Source: Lophium mytilinum
Lineage: Eukaryota
Length of the DNA: 64,000 bases
Direction of reading: 5' to 3'
Assembly (NCBI GenBank): GCA_010093605.1
Contig: MU004199.1
Span: 496,001-560,000, forward strand
The notes beneath the pieces are model-generated. The model saw nothing but the letters and a program-made list of their open reading frames with translations. It did no database searches and was not told the origin of the DNA. The position numbers were made by a program, and so were the translations under genes. Position 1 is the stretch's first letter; each line of letters starts with the position of its first letter. Below are positions 1 through 11,931 of the stretch, piece after piece.

Positions 1-339
1 TCAACTATATAGTTCGGGGCTGTAGCTGGAGGCTTTTGTGCTTTCACTATGAGATCCGTTATATAGCAATGTATAGTATCGAGATGATTTTCGTCATCAT
101 TCACTCACATGTAGAAGCCTGTCCCGCGACAATGCCAGCATCTCTTCCGCCAACGGTGAATCTTCCCATGAGACAAGCGCCTTTATAAACCCCCTTCTCT
201 AACTCGTAATCTCAATCATCCACCTGCAGTTTCCAGCAACACACCACACACCACACCACCAGGAAACACTTCTTTCAGCACAGCTTCCACCCACTTCATA
301 TTCTTCTTATTTCCCCAATCAGCACTCTAATCAGCCAAG

Positions 340-2535
340 ATGCCTAAGGAACTGAAGGCTACCAAGCAGAACAAGGTCACCACAACGCCGTACCCTCGCC
401 GCCAGTATGCTTTGCGTTCCCAAACCAACCGCCGCCCCAGCTCCCCTGAGCTCGAAGAGACTTTACAGCCCAAGCAAGCCTCAAAGCCTACTCCAGCAAA
501 GGCCAAGGCTCTTCAGCAGCGAAGCCGGGGTCTCAAGTCCTCTCGAGCCCCGGATAAAGCTCCAAATTCATCAGCAGCAGCTACGCCGTCTTCGGGTCCA
601 ACTCGGCAGCTAAAGCCGAAGGTCGAGGGGACTCGCAAGTCATCCCGGTTGGCTGGGACGGAGGTTGTGAAGAAGAAGGCCGTCGTGGTCGAGGACACGG
701 ATACCGAAACCAGCGACGAGGAACCCGCGTCTTCCAACGAGCAATCAGATGATGATAGCGATGGCGAGGTCAGCGACGCTATGGACGTTACTCAGGACAC
801 TGCGTCTCTAAAAGCCCGCCGCCGCCGCAGCTCTCCTGAGCGACCAAAGCCGATGCTAGGCTGGGACCACCCAGATACCATCGAGTTGGTCCAAGCTATC
901 GCTGAAATGTTGAAGCGGCCATCCTGCGTGCATGAGGCGAGGAATATTTATGCAAGCCCTCGGATCCTAGCGCAGCTCAATGTCGATAAGTGGAAGGGAC
1001 GGGAGAACCTTGGCCCACGCACAAGGAGAGTCTATGAGGCAGCCAAGAAGGTCGTTCTAAATGCTGCACGCGCTACAAATGTCTGGTCGTTGCTGACCTC
1101 GAAACCGGAACCCACCTCTGCCACCGGACGCCAGGACAATGCCAAGGTTAGCGCAAAGCAGGCCCCCAAGTCTTCCAGCTTCAAGCGCAAAGACGCAAAT
1201 CCACCGGCGAACACCTCTTCAGAATCTGAAGACGAGGATGGGCTGTGGCCAGAGATTGACACACCCCAACGGATGGAAGACGAGACGGGCATTTATGAAT
1301 ACGCCGAATCGTGCCTCTGGTTTCTCAAACAGGTTGTGTCTGTAGGAGAGCAGATCGATTGGACAATGCGCCGATGGGTGAATCTCAGGGACAATGCTGA
1401 GAAGTTCAAGAAAGAGATCGAGGCACAGCAGTTACCCGAATATGCAGGATCGCGGAGACTTGCGAGCTACGAGGAATGCATTAAGATTATGGGATTTGCT
1501 TATCGACAATGGAGTGATATCTCTTGGAAAACCTATCTCGAGAGCCTCAAGCTTGAAGACAAGCTCAAAAAGCATCCAGAACCTCCAGAATCAGAGAACC
1601 GCGTTAAGCTCAAGGACTTGCTCAACAAACATGAGTATGCTTCGAAAATTCGAGCAGGAGAGCCGTCCGATCGACTAAAGAGCATCATGGACCAGGCCAA
1701 GAAAGGGACTGCGAAGAGCACTCCCATCTTGATCGAGGAGTCGGAAGAGTCAGACGAGGATCCAGAGCAATTCTATCCGGATTCAGAGCAGTCCGACCAG
1801 GATGCTGCCTCTTCCCCCAAAGCCCAGGGCCATGGTTCCGATGCGGAAGGGAGTGAAGAGGCCATGGATCTTGTCGAAGACGGCAGAGCTGAGCGCGAAG
1901 AGGAACTGTCGTCTCCTACCGAGCGTCAGAGCGCGGATTCCGAAGTCGACATATACGACGACGACATGGACGATGACAACATGGACGATGTTGAAGACAT
2001 GCCCCCCGAGATTGCATCCAGCACCAACTCCGAAGCCGCCGACAACAACAGCGACGAAGAGCCAATGGAGGATGTGATAGAGACCGCCGCAGATCACATC
2101 CCCATCGAAGATCTTTCTCTCGAGGTCGCGGCGACATCTTCTTCTCGGTCTCCTACTCCATCTTCGACACCCAACCCTGCGGCTACCACTCCGCCCCACC
2201 CCCCCTCCTTCCTCGTCACCGATGCCGGCGTCGCCATGATCGCCTCCCTCGCCGCCTCCCCCACGGAAGCCCGCACCCTCCTCGCCGAAGGCGGCATCCC
2301 ACGGCGCTTCTTCGACTACCCCAGCGACTTCGGAACTGTATTCAACAACCCGAACAGCAGGTTCAGGCCGTGGCGCGGTGAAACGCTATCCGGCACGCGC
2401 GCCTACGACATCGAGGCAGTCATCGCGAACCGCATGCGGGACAAATCGCCAGAGTGGAACGGGGTGAAGTACGTGCAGCCCGTGTGGAATAAGCGGGAGG
2501 GTCGGTGGAAGGCGCCGGGGACGAAGGGGCTGTAG
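340..2535 (+). CDS. Hypothetical 731-aa intronless protein; basic/Ser-rich N-terminus, acidic disordered tracts, helical middle
   Basis: Long uninterrupted ORF; TATA-like TATAAA at ~184; no family recognised. Confidence 0.75.
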   Translation: MPKELKATKQNKVTTTPYPRRQYALRSQTNRRPSSPELEETLQPKQASKPTPAKAKALQQRSRGLKSSRAPDKAPNSSAAATPSSGPTRQLKPKVEGTRKSSRLAGTEVVKKKAVVVEDTDTETSDEEPASSNEQSDDDSDGEVSDAMDVTQDTASLKARRRRSSPERPKPMLGWDHPDTIELVQAIAEMLKRPSCVHEARNIYASPRILAQLNVDKWKGRENLGPRTRRVYEAAKKVVLNAARATNVWSLLTSKPEPTSATGRQDNAKVSAKQAPKSSSFKRKDANPPANTSSESEDEDGLWPEIDTPQRMEDETGIYEYAESCLWFLKQVVSVGEQIDWTMRRWVNLRDNAEKFKKEIEAQQLPEYAGSRRLASYEECIKIMGFAYRQWSDISWKTYLESLKLEDKLKKHPEPPESENRVKLKDLLNKHEYASKIRAGEPSDRLKSIMDQAKKGTAKSTPILIEESEESDEDPEQFYPDSEQSDQDAASSPKAQGHGSDAEGSEEAMDLVEDGRAEREEELSSPTERQSADSEVDIYDDDMDDDNMDDVEDMPPEIASSTNSEAADNNSDEEPMEDVIETAADHIPIEDLSLEVAATSSSRSPTPSSTPNPAATTPPHPPSFLVTDAGVAMIASLAASPTEARTLLAEGGIPRRFFDYPSDFGTVFNNPNSRFRPWRGETLSGTRAYDIEAVIANRMRDKSPEWNGVKYVQPVWNKREGRWKAPGTKGL

Positions 2536-3228
2536 GCATGCCGGCTAAGGGGCGTGGTGAATGATCTTCGCGTTGTTTCGCGAGAGATGTCGGGGTAGCG
2601 TTTCGCGAGTAGGTGATTGATGAGGTTTTTGGCTTGTTTAAGATACTCTTGAACAGGAAAAGATTGGATAGAATACATGAATTTCGGTTGAATATAAACA
2701 AGACTAAGCGATGTGACAATGATGAATAGAGTGACATAGCAAGCAGTGATTCTCATACAGTACCAAACCATAACTTTAGGCACCTAGATATACCATTATC
2801 TTGATTGCAATCATGCACAATTGAGACTACTGTAAGGAATACCCCAGCTAGCGAGTAATATTCCCCCGGTCAGCTTTTACGTTGACAATCCAAATCCAAA
2901 TCCAAGCGCCGGTCAGCCCGAACGCTCACTAAAGCGACAAAAGCCACCACCCCATCCCTATTAGTTTGCACACCTGCAAACAGTGGTCGATATACCTCAC
3001 GCCAACGGAGGCTGGTCGCGGGAGGTGCTGGTAAGAGCGACACGCCACTTTGGAGTTCACGCGGCGAGAGATGGCAAGACTAGTATCCTTAAGAAAACAT
3101 GTAAAGAGGGACATGCAAAGAAGCGCGCCCCGCCTAAGATTAAGGAGACCGGGAAATGAGCGATATCATATACTCCAACAGTATAAAACTAGAAACAGAC
3201 ACAATCTCCCTTCTAAAAGCCCAACAAA

Positions 3229-4463
3229 TCAAAACTTCGAACCATCAAGCGTCCCCGCAAACATGTTCAAAAACAGAGTCTTGCGCGCATACCTCGCCAC
3301 AAAGCGCGGAAGCTTCCAAGTTCCATAGTGGCCAACCGCTTCGTTCTTGCCAATCTGGAGGCCCATCATCCCTGCAAACTAATGAGCTTCAACTTCACTT
3401 CAGGGGTTAAAGATGACCCACGAGTTGTGATGGGTTTATAAGGAAGCGGTGGCTTCCCCTTCAGAATCAACCCAATATTTTTCGCGAGATACGTCGAGTG
3501 CTTGTCCATCGTCAAGAACTGCGAACTCTCCAGATCAAGGATGTCGCCAATGGCCCACACATCACCAGCCCCCTTGACCTTAAGATATTCATCAACCACA
3601 ACGGATCCATTGGCTTTGACGAACTTGGCGGGGAGATAGGAGGTGTTGTAGACGAGTCCGAAGGTTGGGATGTAGAGGTCCGTAACCAGTTTATCCCCCG
3701 TCGAAAGCGTGACTTCCGTCCGACCGTCGGGTGTCTCAGCTGAGCCCGTAACCTTCGCCTTCAGTTTGATGTCGATGCCCAGTTTCCGGAACTCCTTGTC
3801 GACGAATTCGTGGAGGAAGGCAGGGGCTTGGGATGCCTCAAGGACGGTGGCGCCGCTTCCGACCTGGAAAAGATTAGCAAACAGTGCCGGTACTACATGA
3901 ACAGTTGTCGCAAATGCCTCAAAACTTACCAGAGTAACTTTCTTCTGCGACCCGTACTCCGACGCCAACTCGCCAGCAACCTCACAACCGGTCACGCCAG
4001 CACCCGCCACGACAATCGTCTTCGCCGTCTTGACTTGCGCTTGGAAATCATGCAGAACACGCTTCGTATCATCGGTTGATCCTAACCCCTTGAATGGTGC
4101 GCCTCCCTTGGTGTGAGAGCCAGTAGCAAGGATGAGGAAGTCGTACGCAAGCGTCTTGTTCCCAGTGGGGGTCGATATCAGGACCTTTTTCGCCTCGGCT
4201 TCGAGGCTGTCCGCAGAGCCAACAACGAACTCGAACTGGCCGGAGGGATAGTGTTTGAAGCCATCAGCGATCGGGCGGAAGAGTGTCTCGTCATCGAACT
4301 GTCCAGGGATTATACCTCGAGGCGATGCCATATTCCAGTAGAAATGTGTATTCGGTGACACGAGAGTGATTTTGATTGGTTCAGACTTCGCAGCCTGTTT
4401 GAGGAGCCGGTGGGACGTGCTTACCCCTCCATAGGAGCCTCCGAGGATGACGATGTGCTTCAT
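3229..4463 (-). CDS. FAD/NAD(P)-dependent pyridine nucleotide-disulfide oxidoreductase (AIF/AMID-like), 3 exons
   Basis: MKHIVILGGSYGG, DFLILATGS, VVAGAGVTGCEVAGE and VWAIGD motifs; introns ~3864-3929 and ~3372-3421; last exon ends ...GTLDGSKF* at 3229. Confidence 0.88.
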
Positions 4464-4689
4464 GGTACGAGATGGGTCGCTTGAAGTATGTGCTTGGCCG
4501 AAGTAGCTTGCAGTAAGAAAGTGGAATAATTGCTGGAATAGATTTGCGATGAGATGAAAGATATAGACCATTGCTAATGAGTGTAATGACAGACGACCCA
4601 CCGATAATGGTGCTTTTATGTGCGAGGACAACTTAGAAATCATGTCTCCAAAGGGGCCTGATGTTGCTCGTGCATGAGAAAGCAAACAA

Positions 4690-4852
4690 GCGCGCCGCAG
4701 GCATGGGCCAATGAGAACGCAGAGCGCACCGCATTCGTACTTCGCATTCTCCCGTGCACGAGGTGTTCCATGTCGTTCTACGCTTAGATGCTAAACAACG
4801 CCGGAGCTTTGCGCGCCGCAAAAGACAGCCAATGAGATTGCAAAACGCAGCG
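4690..4852. promoter_or_regulatory. Duplicated promoter element GCGCGCCGCA-N8-CCAATGAGA, two copies 121 bp apart, upstream of the oxidoreductase
   Basis: Copies start at 4690 and 4811 with identical spacing; each contains a CCAAT box. Confidence 0.5.
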
Positions 4853-5090
4853 CCTTACAATTTTCATGTACCCGGAAATCCATGTACAGCATGTCGACAC
4901 CTCCGGTGAACGCCTTTTTCGACTAACTTTGACAAGGCTGAACTGAGTCAACTAAAAGCTGCAGAAAAGCGAGGCGTTACTTTCTAGATTTTCTCGCATT
5001 TGTGGCTGAATTGTAGCTTGATCGCTGGGTAGTTTACCGGATTTAACTCCGTGAACCAACACACATACGGCTATGCATACGTCCTCGCAA

Positions 5091-5150
5091 GCTGCCTTAC
5101 AGGCTGCCTCACGAGTTGCCTCACGAGCTGCCTCACGAGCTGCCTTTCAA
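5091..5150 (+). repeat. 12-bp minisatellite (gctgcctcacga), about 5 copies
   Basis: gctgccttacag/gctgcctcacga/gttgcctcacga/gctgcctcacga/gctgcctttcaa. Confidence 0.8.
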
Positions 5151-5683
5151 GATAGCCTAAAAATCCGAAGGAGGAGTTGGCCTGTTAATAAAGCCAATCA
5201 GAACGTATCGAAGGGGTATAGTGCGAGTAGAAAGAGGCGAGGCTTCTTTAGCAACGAGCTTGGTAATAATGTCGGTCTCGTACTTGACTGTGGGTCGGCG
5301 CTGGCATACCAGTCTAGTTACGGAAAATCTATATCATCTCAGCCAGACGAGGATAATTAACGTCGCTGATAGAGATTTCGACCGCGAAGAGCGGAGATAC
5401 TGACGTCTCTGGATCCGCGATTTCCGGCCTGATCGCAGCGTTGAGAACACTCTAATAGTGGCGTCGTATGAGCAGCAGCGCATGCCAGCAAGCCCGATTT
5501 GATACCCATCATACGATCTCGAAATGTAATCAAGCGAAGGGTGTGTGTGGCACTTGTTGCCGTAACCACAAATTCCCCGCGCGGAGCCTTGATCGGAAGG
5601 ATTAGGTGTATACAGAATACCGACCCGACCTGCGCGGCGCGGCAAACAGCGGCGGCGCCATCAGCCCAAAACCCCTCGAGTAC

Positions 5684-7425
5684 TTAAAGAAGCAGCACCT
5701 CCTTGGTAAGCTCCAGACAATCCTTCCACGCAACCCCGGTTGCTCCCCGCCTCTGCCGCCAAACCTCTTCCAAAACCGGCAAAATCCTTCCCCGGTGTTT
5801 AAGCAACGAGTCCACCAACGGCGGAGACTCAAACGCGTTGCGAAAGTACTGCTGGTCTTCCTGCTTAGCAACGCAGCCCACAACAAACAGCGGCGCAACC
5901 AAAGCTGGCAGAAAATGGACCGGGATGCGAGTGTGAAGCATTTTCATGGCTTCGGGGATGATCCTGTCCACGAGTTCTAGTTTATTGAAGCCGTAGGTGA
6001 TTAAGTGGAGGTAGATAGACGCCATGTAGGCGAACATGTGGGTAATGAGCATGGAGTAGTCGGGTGCCGCATTGTATGCTGTAACGCAGAGATTTTCCGA
6101 GATGTTGAGCTCATCCAGGGTCGTCTGGGTGAGACCACACAACTGGATCTCCTTACTGATATCGGACACAGTATCCTGAAAAGCTTTGCAATCAGCATTT
6201 CCGTTATCCAACGCTTGAGTCCAGTTCTCATGGAGCGCAGCGATGCGGCCGATTTGCAGAATCACCCAGTTCTGACAGCCCATGACTTTCTTGAGGTTGA
6301 TCTGGGAATCTGGAGTGACGACGCGGAAGTGGAACGACTGCAAATACGGCGCTGTTCCCGCAGTGATGGACGACAAGATATCGAGCCAGATCAACGAAGC
6401 AGCCAAGAATATATGGCTCCGCACTTCTTCGGCAACCGCAGGATCGAGATTCGCATCAGGGCGGTCCTCCAAAAGAATCTTGCGTGCCTCTTCGCTGAGA
6501 GCAAAGTTGCACAGGTCCTCTTTATAGCCTCTCTGGTACATCCTCATCGCTGCACGGAAATGCGCCTTCCACGCGGACCCATCGCTAGAAAAAAGCTTTG
6601 CCAGCAGCTGTCAGTAGACGACCCAAAATCTAATAATCAGTGGAGAAATACCTCGTAATATCCTAGCTGGATGACTGCATTTGTGACGCCTAGTCCGTTA
6701 TACGGACACGCCACCTGTGCGAATTCATTAACCAGCTTCAAGCAATTTTCGAGATGCTGTGCTTCCTGGACCTCCAGCGCTCTACAGACATGGCTAATCT
6801 TGGTCTGCATGATCGTGCGGCGATGGTGCGCACTGATAGCTAGGGCTACGTAGTAGAGAGATTTCGTCCGTAGTATTAGTGCAAGTAGCCAGCCTCTTCC
6901 GCCATCTAAAATCCCGGGTTGATACATGGGGTATTGGAGCGGAAAGACATGGTCTAGAAAGTGTATCAGGAGGGTGGACTCGTCCGCTGGTACGTAGAAT
7001 AGGAGGTCAGATCCGTTGTGCAGCGCATGCGCTTCATCCATGCGTGCATTCTGGTGCAATGACCCATGATCCGACGGAGGGGTAGATTTATGCGTGCGAT
7101 GTGACCCAGGATTGGAAGACGTGTTCTCCACAGAAGCACTCGAGGACTTGGGCGCTAGGACGATTGGTTCGCGTTCCTTCGGAAGCTGGGATGTTCTTTT
7201 GCGCCTCGAAGTGTACTTGACGATATCTTTGATGCTTTTGGCAACTGCTCTTTCCTTCTCCCCGTTATCCATCCAGTCGGGCTTTGCGCCGTAAGCATAG
7301 CAAGTAATCGATAGCGACTCGCACGTCGAACAATGAGGTCGACCCTCGTCGCATTTCTTCTTTCGCAACCGGCACGTCCAGCAGCCCTGCTTGCCGCGCA
7401 ATAGCGGCCGATGAAGAGAGCTCAT
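5684..7425 (-). CDS. Zn(II)2Cys6 transcription factor with fungal-specific TF domain, 2 exons
   Basis: GCWTCRLRKKKCDEGRPHCSTCESLSITC; intron ~6596-6651 joins YYE|LFSSDGSAWKAHF; WLDILSSIT and VMGCQNWV motifs. Confidence 0.92.
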
Positions 7426-7748
7426 GCGTGTATAATGACTATTAAGGATGCCAATGCTGATACAGGCGCAGAGGTTGAGGCAAGATGATGGCTCTGAGGT
7501 AGAGCAGACCTCCGCTTACAAATAGAGAAGTCTGTGCGCAAGGATATCACGTGATATAAACACCCCTGCTCGCCCAGCGTTCTTTCCAGGTGTCAGGAAG
7601 AGTAAAAGCACCCAGAAATGCATAACCACATTGAGAGATAAATCAACCACAGAAAATAAGCTCCGTCATTTCAAAAGGGAAAATGCTTTCGATTCTAGTC
7701 TGCATATACATCCTACTCCTCATCCCTCCCGCCTCCCTCCCTACAACA

Positions 7749-10700
7749 CTACGCCCACTTTCCCAAGCCCGCCCACGGATCTTGGCCCTGTCCTCCCTGA
7801 CTCCCTTGCCCTTGATGCCCTTGCCCCTGCGGCGGCCTCCTATGATCATGCGCGTAACCACCCGGCCCACTTGGATAGTTCCCTCCACTCGCGCTAAACC
7901 CTCCGAAATCCTGGTTCTGGCTCGGCGGCGGCCCTGGTGGCGGCGGTGGTGGCACATAACCTGGCGGAATGGCGCCGTACTGCCCTTGATTATGCGACTG
8001 CTGATGCGGATTCGGCGTGGTTGCGCTAGGGTAGGCGGAATTCTGCCCGTAGGGGTTCGGCGGCGGGGAGAAGTACTGCTGGTGCGCCGGGGGTGAGACG
8101 GGCCCATAGGCATTAGGGTTATAGGGTTCATTGCGGCCATATGATTCGCGGTGCTGAGGAGGTGGGGGTTGGAAGCCGTTGTTCTGTGGTTGTTGGTAGG
8201 AGGATTGGGAGGACATATATTGGTTTTGTGGTTGGCCACCTGGGAGGGCGGTGAGGGGGTAGCGAGGCGTGATAGGGGGAGAGGCGGCGGGATTGTAGTG
8301 AGGATGGGCGGATTGGGCAAAACCAGGGTTGTTGTTGTTGGGTTGGAGGGATGTTTGGATTGCTGGTGGGCGGTGTTGCTTTGGTTTTGGGGCGCCGTTT
8401 GATGGCGAGCCGGACGGTGGCTCCATTGACATCCGTTCCATTAGCTCCTTCAGTCTCTCCTGTTCTCGATCTGCCTGAGCACCGGCACCACTGTTTCGTG
8501 CATTTTCGATCTTGGTAAGAAGCTGCCCGCCTTCTGACCGTCTGTTGTTCACAAAGGTATCGACGTTCGTATGCAGGCTCTCCACCGTTTCTTTCATCTC
8601 CGAATAGAAACCCTGTGCCCGTAGAAGGCCAGCGATCAGATCGTTAAAGGACTGGTAGACCTTTCGGTATTTGATCATGACGGAAGATCGCTGTCGTGAA
8701 AACGCCTCGTACTTGGTTTGCTCTGAACGCACTCGCTTATCTTGCAAAAGATCGCTGTATGTCCGAGTCAATTCCTTCATGAGAGAGGTCTGCTTATGGT
8801 TCGCCTGCAGTAATCGATTCTGGTGCGGCCTGAACTTCTCCAGCTCGGCCTTGAAGACTTGATTCTCTTGGTTCGATATTGACTTCTTGTTGAGGATTAA
8901 GAGGTTCGATATGTCGTCGCTGTGGACCTATCATAATATTAGTTACCATAGCTCTCCTTCCCTGTTCGGTCCTCATACCTTGTCTTTGAGATCCTTCAAG
9001 ACCTGAGCGCGTTCCTTCTTGATGAGATTCAGTTTCCGTAGCAAGTCTTCCACGTGCGCTATTTGCTCAGCAACGCTTGGACCACCCTCGAAGTCATCGT
9101 CGATGAGGTTTTCGGCGGATGACGGACTAGCACCCTTCCCTTTACCCCTTGACGCGCCGGCTTTGATCATCGCTCGCTGGTACAAGACGTCCGCCTCATC
9201 TGTCTCCCCAGCCGACCGCATCTCATCAAAGTCAGATTCGCATTGCCTGAAGGTGCTGTAGAGTTGAGCATCGCTTGTGCTGGCTTCGTCAACAGCCCCT
9301 CGGTAGTTCTTGATGTCACTCCGTAGAGTTGCCGTCAGTCTCGAGCTTGGTTGCTGCGTCCATTCCGGCCCATACTTCGAACGCATCTTCTCACACACGC
9401 TCTCCTCCATGTCCAACTGCTTCATGCTGTGTTCTAGCATCGCCGTTATCTCCGACTTATCCGTGCTCAGCTGATCAAACGCGTTTGTGAAGGGGGCGTG
9501 GCCAGCAAGATCCTCGCACCATTTTCGAAACTCGTCATCCACCATCATCTCCTGGTCCATACCACCTTTCAGAATGTTTAGACTGTCAGGGAGCTTCAGA
9601 TAGTCCAAGCTTGCAGCCATCTCGTCGTTTGCAATCTCCACCTTCTCGCTCTCCGCTCTTATCAGCTTTGCCTTCTCTTCATCGTATAAACTTGCGGACT
9701 CCGTCACCGCCATGGGTACAATCTTGTTGAAAATGTCGGGTCCAATTATCCTCTGGATATCTTGACCTTGATACAACTCGCTCACTGGAATTGCTTTCGC
9801 TGCCGGTAGTTTCGGAATCTGGGAGAGCGAGGCTTCCGTAGGAACACCCTGGTGGTAGATGAAGTCATTGTCCTTGGTGAACTCCGCAATCTTTTCCTGG
9901 ATGTTCTGAAGATGCTTCTTCGTCATATCTGCCAGGAAGATGCCGGTTTCTGAGGTGAGGTTCGAATTAGTAGGAACGGAGGTCGGGAAACCATTCGCTG
10001 TCCGGTTTGCTTCTCGTGCATAGCCCTCAGCAACCGTGAGCCTGCAAATTGATACTCCGTGGGCGTTTGCGTCGTTGTCCGCAAGAGCCTGGTAATATTG
10101 GGCCAAAGATGACATGTAGTTGAATTTTATCTGCAATTGTTAGCTGACCACCACAATGAGATTGTTCCAACCTGGGCTTACCTGAGTGACCAGCAACCAC
10201 ACCTTCTCAAAGACAGCCCTCGTCACATTATCCTGTGTTCCTTCTTGTGCTTGGCCGTAGAGATAAGCAGCCTGACTCGCCAACTTCGCCAACAACCCCA
10301 CCTTCTTGCCATCTGATATCTGTTTCTCCAAAAAGACCTCCTGGCCCTGCGCCAGCATTATCGCTATCAGCGTCTTCACAGTCTCCCGACTCAAATCCGT
10401 CGACGGCGCGTGCAAAAAGTTCTCGTTGATATACGTAAACATGCCAGCCGACGCCTGAAACGAGTGATACGCGGTCTTGAGGCCCGTATCCTCATGCCGA
10501 TTCTGAAGGGCCGCGTGGCAGGAAAGCACAGCAGAGATGTTGAATATTATCGAGGCCTTCTCGTAGGCAAGGGAGTACTGGGAGGTGGGTTTGTGCGTGA
10601 AGGCATCGAACCTAGGCCCCTGATATTAGCTTCCGTCTGCAAGAACCCTCCTGCAGCCACCCCCCACTATCCGAAGGGTAAGACTAAGCCCAGCTCACTC

Positions 10701-10983
10701 ACCATGTAAACGAGATCTTGATGTGATTCTCGTCAACGGGAAATCTAAGGTCCAGCAGCTCCAGCTGGCCATAGTACCGGTACAGCAGATCCCTCCCCGC
10801 AGCGCTGTCCTTGCCCGCGCCGCGCATGTCCTGCCGCAGCCGGTTCAGCGTCGCGCACTCCTCCGAGTACCGCTCCGGGTCATCGCCGTAGGTTTGGCGG
10901 ATGTAGGCCTTCAGCGGGGCGATCCAGTCAATCTCGTTCGTCTGCTTCAGCGGCACCGAGATCATGGGTGTCTGCATCGCCAT
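7749..10983 (-). CDS. BRO1: Vacuolar protein sorting protein BRO1 (Bro1 domain, V domain, Pro-rich tail), 4 exons
   Basis: MISVPLKQTNEIDW...LLYRYYGQLELLDLRFPV; KDNDFIYHQ; Pro/Gln-rich C-terminus; introns near 10612-10702, 10133-10182 and 8928-8976. Confidence 0.95.
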
Positions 10984-11931
10984 GGTGGCCGAAGCGTGGC
11001 GGGGTCAGCGCCGCCGGTGCTGCTGTTGCGGACTGTCCGCAGTGATGTATTCGGTGGGGTGGCCGAGCAGCCGTGGTGTTCGTCTCGATAGGCAAACAGC
11101 GCCGTAAAGGTACAGGAGGCCGGCGCAGGCTGCCAATGATGGCTCAGGCGGATTGTTGGTGGGCAGATGTCTCCCACTCCCCGCGTGTGGTGTCGACGTG
11201 GACGGTGAATGTGCGTGGCTACGTATCGTGCGGTTATGTCGCGAATTGCAGATGCATCGAGAAAGTATGCAAGGCCGGGGATGATGATGCGGGCGACGGC
11301 TGGGTGCGTCCTGGCGTTTAAAGGCGGCCGTTGCTGGTGTCGCACATGGAGGCACCGAGTGTCGACGTCCTGGAGCTGTAGCGGAGACAGCGCTTCCCCG
11401 AGCAGCGGCGAGTGCTGGGCGACGACGTGGATGCAGGTGGGACTCGGTATTGTATGCGTGGTGGGCAGATGTAAGGCGAGGTGGTGAAGCGGAGTGGGGC
11501 ACGCAGGCCGTCAACGTCGACGTTCAAGGTCTCTTGGGCTGCAACTTCGGCCGTTGGGAGCCCCAGATATCTTCAAGCACCATCCTTCTCTCTCCTGAGG
11601 GCTAACAGAGGCTTAACGATCCCTTGCGCCTCACGCCTCTGCAAAGCCCATCCTGGCGTGCTGGGATGACACCTGGCCAGTCACAAGTGAATACGGGGGG
11701 TGCATTAAGCGCTGGCCGACAGGGCTGGGAGGTGATAGCATTCTATAGTACACTGACCATCGCTCTTCTAGATACAGTACTCGCACTCCAGATGCGGAAG
11801 AAACGCCAATTATGCAAGCCAATTGCCAATGTCGCTGTTATCCGCAGACGGACTGCCTCCAGCAAACGCCGTCACTCAATAACATATGGTACATTAGATT
11901 GCTCGCTGACTTAAAAGGGGAGAGACGGCCC

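Noticed and set aside
2400..2520. Chromodomain-like look of YDIEAVIANR... at the end of the 731-aa protein
   Set aside because: The spacing to a Y-x-V-K-W motif does not fit; similarity is too weak.
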